This document shows, piece after piece, positions 62,901 through 64,000 of a stretch of DNA of 64,000 nt; the stretch's first letter is position 1, and the number at the start of each line of letters is the position of its first letter. The position numbers and the translations under genes were made by a program. Source of the stretch: Anolis carolinensis. Taxonomy: Eukaryota. The notes beneath the pieces are model-generated. The model ran no database searches. It had not been told where the DNA came from and saw nothing but the letters and a program-made list of their open reading frames with translations. The stretch is taken from assembly GCF_035594765.1 (NCBI RefSeq), contig NC_085842.1, positions 83,738,782 through 83,802,781 on the forward strand, written 5' to 3'.

Positions 62901-63514
62901 TACTCATAGGGATGGATTAGATGACAGGCTGTGAACTAGAACGAAGGGTGAAAGCAACCATTAGTTCTGAGACGGCAAAGAAATTGCCTTCCTCCAGAGA
63001 AAAGGGTCTCTTTGTTTTGCTTTGTTCCTGCCCCTCCTTGCCTTTGGGCTGCAGCCAAACCTCTGTGGTTCTTGTCAGCAGTTATGCTGAGCTGTTCATT
63101 TGAGTGCTCTCTGTCCAGGAACCTCTTTCTCTCAGAGCTTGGCAATGTTCCTTTTTTTAGGATTACTAGAAAAAAGTGCCTTTATTGGCTGGGGGGATTC
63201 AGGGAACAGTGGCCACCAAAGTGGCTTTTCCCAAACCTTGTTCCTTGTAGGAACTTACTAGATCAAGTTGCTTTCCTTGGGTGCATTTGTCAGATCGCAG
63301 TTGTGGAATAGGCCTATGATCTGGAGAAAAGAGTGCAGAGGGCAGGGCGAGACCAGGTGCATATTGCCTCTTCCCACCTAAGCTCTCAAGAGGACATAAA
63401 CATCTGCTGCAGGATGCCAGAGGCAATCCTTCTGGAATTTATTACCAGGTGCCGAATTGCACAAGAGCCTCACATACATTAATATTGGCACAGCTACATC
63501 TAGTCGGTGTAGGG

Positions 63515-63649
63515 CAGTGATTCTCAACCTGGGGTCCCCAGATGTTTTTGGCCAACAACTCCCAGAAATCCCAGCTGGTTTACCAGCTGTTAGGATTTTT
63601 GGGAGATGAAGGCCAAAAACATCTGGGGACCCCAGGTTGAGAACCACTG
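63515..63649. mobile_element. hAT MITE
   Basis: TIR CAGTG(A/G)TTCTCAACCTGGGGTCCCCAGATG; perfect TSD GTGTAGGG at 63507-63514 and 63650-63657. Confidence 0.9.
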
Positions 63650-64000
63650 GTGTAGGGAATTACACCTAAGCACAGGGAAGGGTTGAGGAATGCATTGTTC
63701 TATGCAAAGGAACCTGGGCTTCCAGTTTGTATCGACATCACTTTGCAGAGTGTATGTGTGCTCAATGCTCATAATAATGGGCACAACATGTCTTCTTAGG
63801 AAATGATAACCATTGTATGAAGCTTATCCTTCTACAGTAGCATTTCAAGGGATGACTAGCAAGGACTACATGCTTTGCCTAATTCTGTCCAAGCAATGCT
63901 TTTCACTCTTCCTTTACCAAAACGTGTTGTGTAATAATGCCATAACAATGCCCTAACAGCATCCCTGTATGAGGAACTGAAATAGTCCTTCCTCGAATGC

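Noticed and set aside
60036-64000. Further HYAL2 coding exons
   Set aside because: The expected next-exon peptide (IGESAALGAAG-like) was not found; it probably lies beyond the window.

Overview
Eukaryotic, repeat-rich squamate reptile DNA, most likely Anolis (inferred from Sauria SINEs, an Anolis-SINE2-like element, and Penelope-like, R4/Dong, hAT and Tc1/mariner-type repeats). It carries the last two coding exons of TUSC2 (1866-1986, 9171-9236) and the large first coding exon of HYAL2 (59034-59963), in the same order and relative orientation as at human 3p21.3. The standout is an intact, very young Ty3/gypsy (Tf1/sushi-like) LTR retrotransposon at 2276-7592, inserted in sense in the last TUSC2 intron. 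It has 303-bp LTRs differing at one base, a GCCAG target duplication and one uninterrupted gag-pol ORF. Four unusual points are visible in its sequence. (1) There is no tRNA primer site; instead an 11-nt segment is complementary to the predicted 5' end of its own RNA (self-priming). (2) A consensus splice donor follows gag and a consensus acceptor precedes the PPT, which would excise all of pol and leave an in-frame Gag-only mRNA. (3) Both splice sites are phase-compatible with the flanking TUSC2 exons. (4) The 16 nt of host flank ending at the insertion point exactly match an internal pol segment. The ~45 kb between the genes is mostly transposon debris, including Penelope-like elements with hammerhead ribozyme cores and a CpG-rich hAT MITE built of tandem palindromes. 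All calls are by eye; repeat family names and boundaries without a stated TSD are approximate.
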